NCBI GenBank assembly: GCA_029953675.1
Contig: JAMWBK010000008.1
Span: 930,001 to 994,000 of the forward strand
DNA from: Rhodosorus marinus CCMP1338
Lineage: Eukaryota > Plantae > Rhodophyta
Length of the DNA: 64,000 nucleotides
Direction: 5' to 3'
In this document: one piece after another, positions 62,801 to 64,000 of the stretch
Numbering within the stretch: the first letter of the stretch is position 1
Layout of the letters: each line of letters starts with the position of its first letter
Notes under the pieces: model-generated
What the model was told of the DNA's origin: nothing
Database searches by the model: none
What the model saw: the letters and a program-made list of their open reading frames with translations, nothing else
Position numbers and translations under genes: made by a program

Positions 62801-63270
62801 GAGTTTATTCCAGAATTCCAGCCGAGAATGCTGTGACTATGTTTGAACTTTCTACTACCCGTTGAAAAGCTCATGATATATTACATAATGCGACTAATTT
62901 AAATATAATACTTATATAGGATGTTTTTGCAAAGTGGGGTGATATATTCCATGGGAATTTTTCATTGCTCGACTGCTTGAGGAGCTACGATTTTTGGGGA
63001 TTTATGAGGGGGGGTGTGTAGGGGGTTCTTCCGTGGACTATATTTTTAGAAAAAAAATACTGTCCATGTTTGGGATTTTGCCTCTTGAGGTTCGATTTTG
63101 GGCGTCTAGAAGGCACTGGCTCATATATATATATCACGCGGATGACCTGTTCCGACTGGGAAGGTGATGGTAGGAACAAGTAAGCAAAGGAGAATGTGAG
63201 GTCTGTGGGGCATAGAGGGGTGTTTCCGGTTTGAGTTTTGGAGTGCAACTCGCTCTCAGTGAACAGAAAA

Positions 63271-64000
63271 ATGGCTTGCGATGTCAGAGAGTCGATGAGG
63301 AGCATGCTGGAGAGTGAGGATATGTTGGAAATCGTCACTGCTCTGGAGGAGGTCTGCGCTTTCGAGGAGGGGGGAGCCCCGGCGTTCTTGGAAACGGACG
63401 TTTGGGAGCTGGAGTCCATGCTGAGCGAGTCTGGTCTGCTGCGTCTGCAGGGTTGTATGAACCGCGTTAAGCAGTACGACTTCCGTCAGTATCCGGAATC
63501 GGACCACTTCACGCTTTGCAAGTATCGTGTAGAGATCGTGTGCAATGCGCTCATGCGTCTCCTTACGTCCTGGAAAGGTGAGAGGGCTGCAAAACTGCCG
63601 AAGTTGGAGCAAGATAGAAGAAACAAGAAGATCAATGCAGCATCAAGCGAAGTATCGCGGTTGAGGAGCTCTCTGATTCTGCCCGTAGCTCAGACTGAGG
63701 TTGAGCGCTTGGAGATGCTGGGTGAGCAGGCTTTGTCAGCGACAGCTCCGGAGCTGGCCCCGAATGACAGCGTAGATATCACAGAACCCGTCAGTGTGGA
63801 TACCCAAGGTGTTTTCCATACTGACAACCGGTTCAAGATTGACGGTGGCGGAATGTGGGTCGACGGTTATCAAGGTGTTCAGGGTTCCGAGTATCAAGGA
63901 GTTGATGAGCTAGCAGCACAGAAGCTTGATATGACCGACGCAGACCTGGCTGCTCTGGATTTTGCTTTCGGTACTTGTGCGAAGGAAACCGTGCAGACTG
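63271..64000 (+). CDS. Hypothetical protein, runs off the window end
   Basis: ATG 63271 opens an uninterrupted frame (MACDVRESMRSMLESEDMLEIV...AKETVQT) of ~243 codons to position 64000; absent from the ORF track because no stop is present. Confidence 0.65.
   Translation, partial: MACDVRESMRSMLESEDMLEIVTALEEVCAFEEGGAPAFLETDVWELESMLSESGLLRLQGCMNRVKQYDFRQYPESDHFTLCKYRVEIVCNALMRLLTSWKGERAAKLPKLEQDRRNKKINAASSEVSRLRSSLILPVAQTEVERLEMLGEQALSATAPELAPNDSVDITEPVSVDTQGVFHTDNRFKIDGGGMWVDGYQGVQGSEYQGVDELAAQKLDMTDADLAALDFAFGTCAKETVQT

Noticed and set aside
1-64000. tRNA, rRNA or spliceosomal snRNA genes
   Set aside because: No cloverleaf, rRNA-conserved segment or U1/U2/U5/U6 signature was recognised by eye; tRNAscan-SE and cmscan would be decisive.

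Overview
Gene-dense eukaryotic nuclear DNA with short GT-AG introns (mostly 65-150 nt, often with a CTAAC/CTGAC-like branch point). N-termini such as MAFV... on UROD and on the gene at 49409-50491 look like red-algal plastid transit peptides, so a red alga is inferred but not proven. About 20 protein-coding genes can be reconstructed: a GNAT acetyltransferase, CSN3, two tandem BiP/Hsp70 paralogs, an SPX-SLC13 phosphate transporter, a Dsc3-like UBL membrane protein, a GH36 raffinose-synthase/Sip1-like enzyme with an extra N-terminal region, ornithine decarboxylase antizyme, a DUF202/VTC1-like protein, Yip1, a Lon-N domain protein, Trm82/WDR4, a slingshot-like phosphatase, TAF10, an RRM/NCOA5-like protein, a conserved plastid protein, a double B-box protein, UROD and several orphans. 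The strongest signal is the antizyme gene (29163/29244-30173). After splicing, ORF1 ends in GGA TGG TGT TTT TGA, the antizyme domain is reached only by a +1 shift, and a hairpin follows immediately; this is a programmed +1 ribosomal frameshift that the ORF track does not show. Other highlights: a BiP paralog with a divergent substrate-binding domain, a gene-conversion-like mosaic and an HDDL end; a 258-bp inverted repeat made of Ty3/gypsy integrase; a foldback-like element abutting the phosphate transporter start; a possible carbohydrate-binding-module/GH36 fusion; and a full slingshot architecture in an apparent alga. All assignments come from motif recognition by eye, and exon boundaries are manual.
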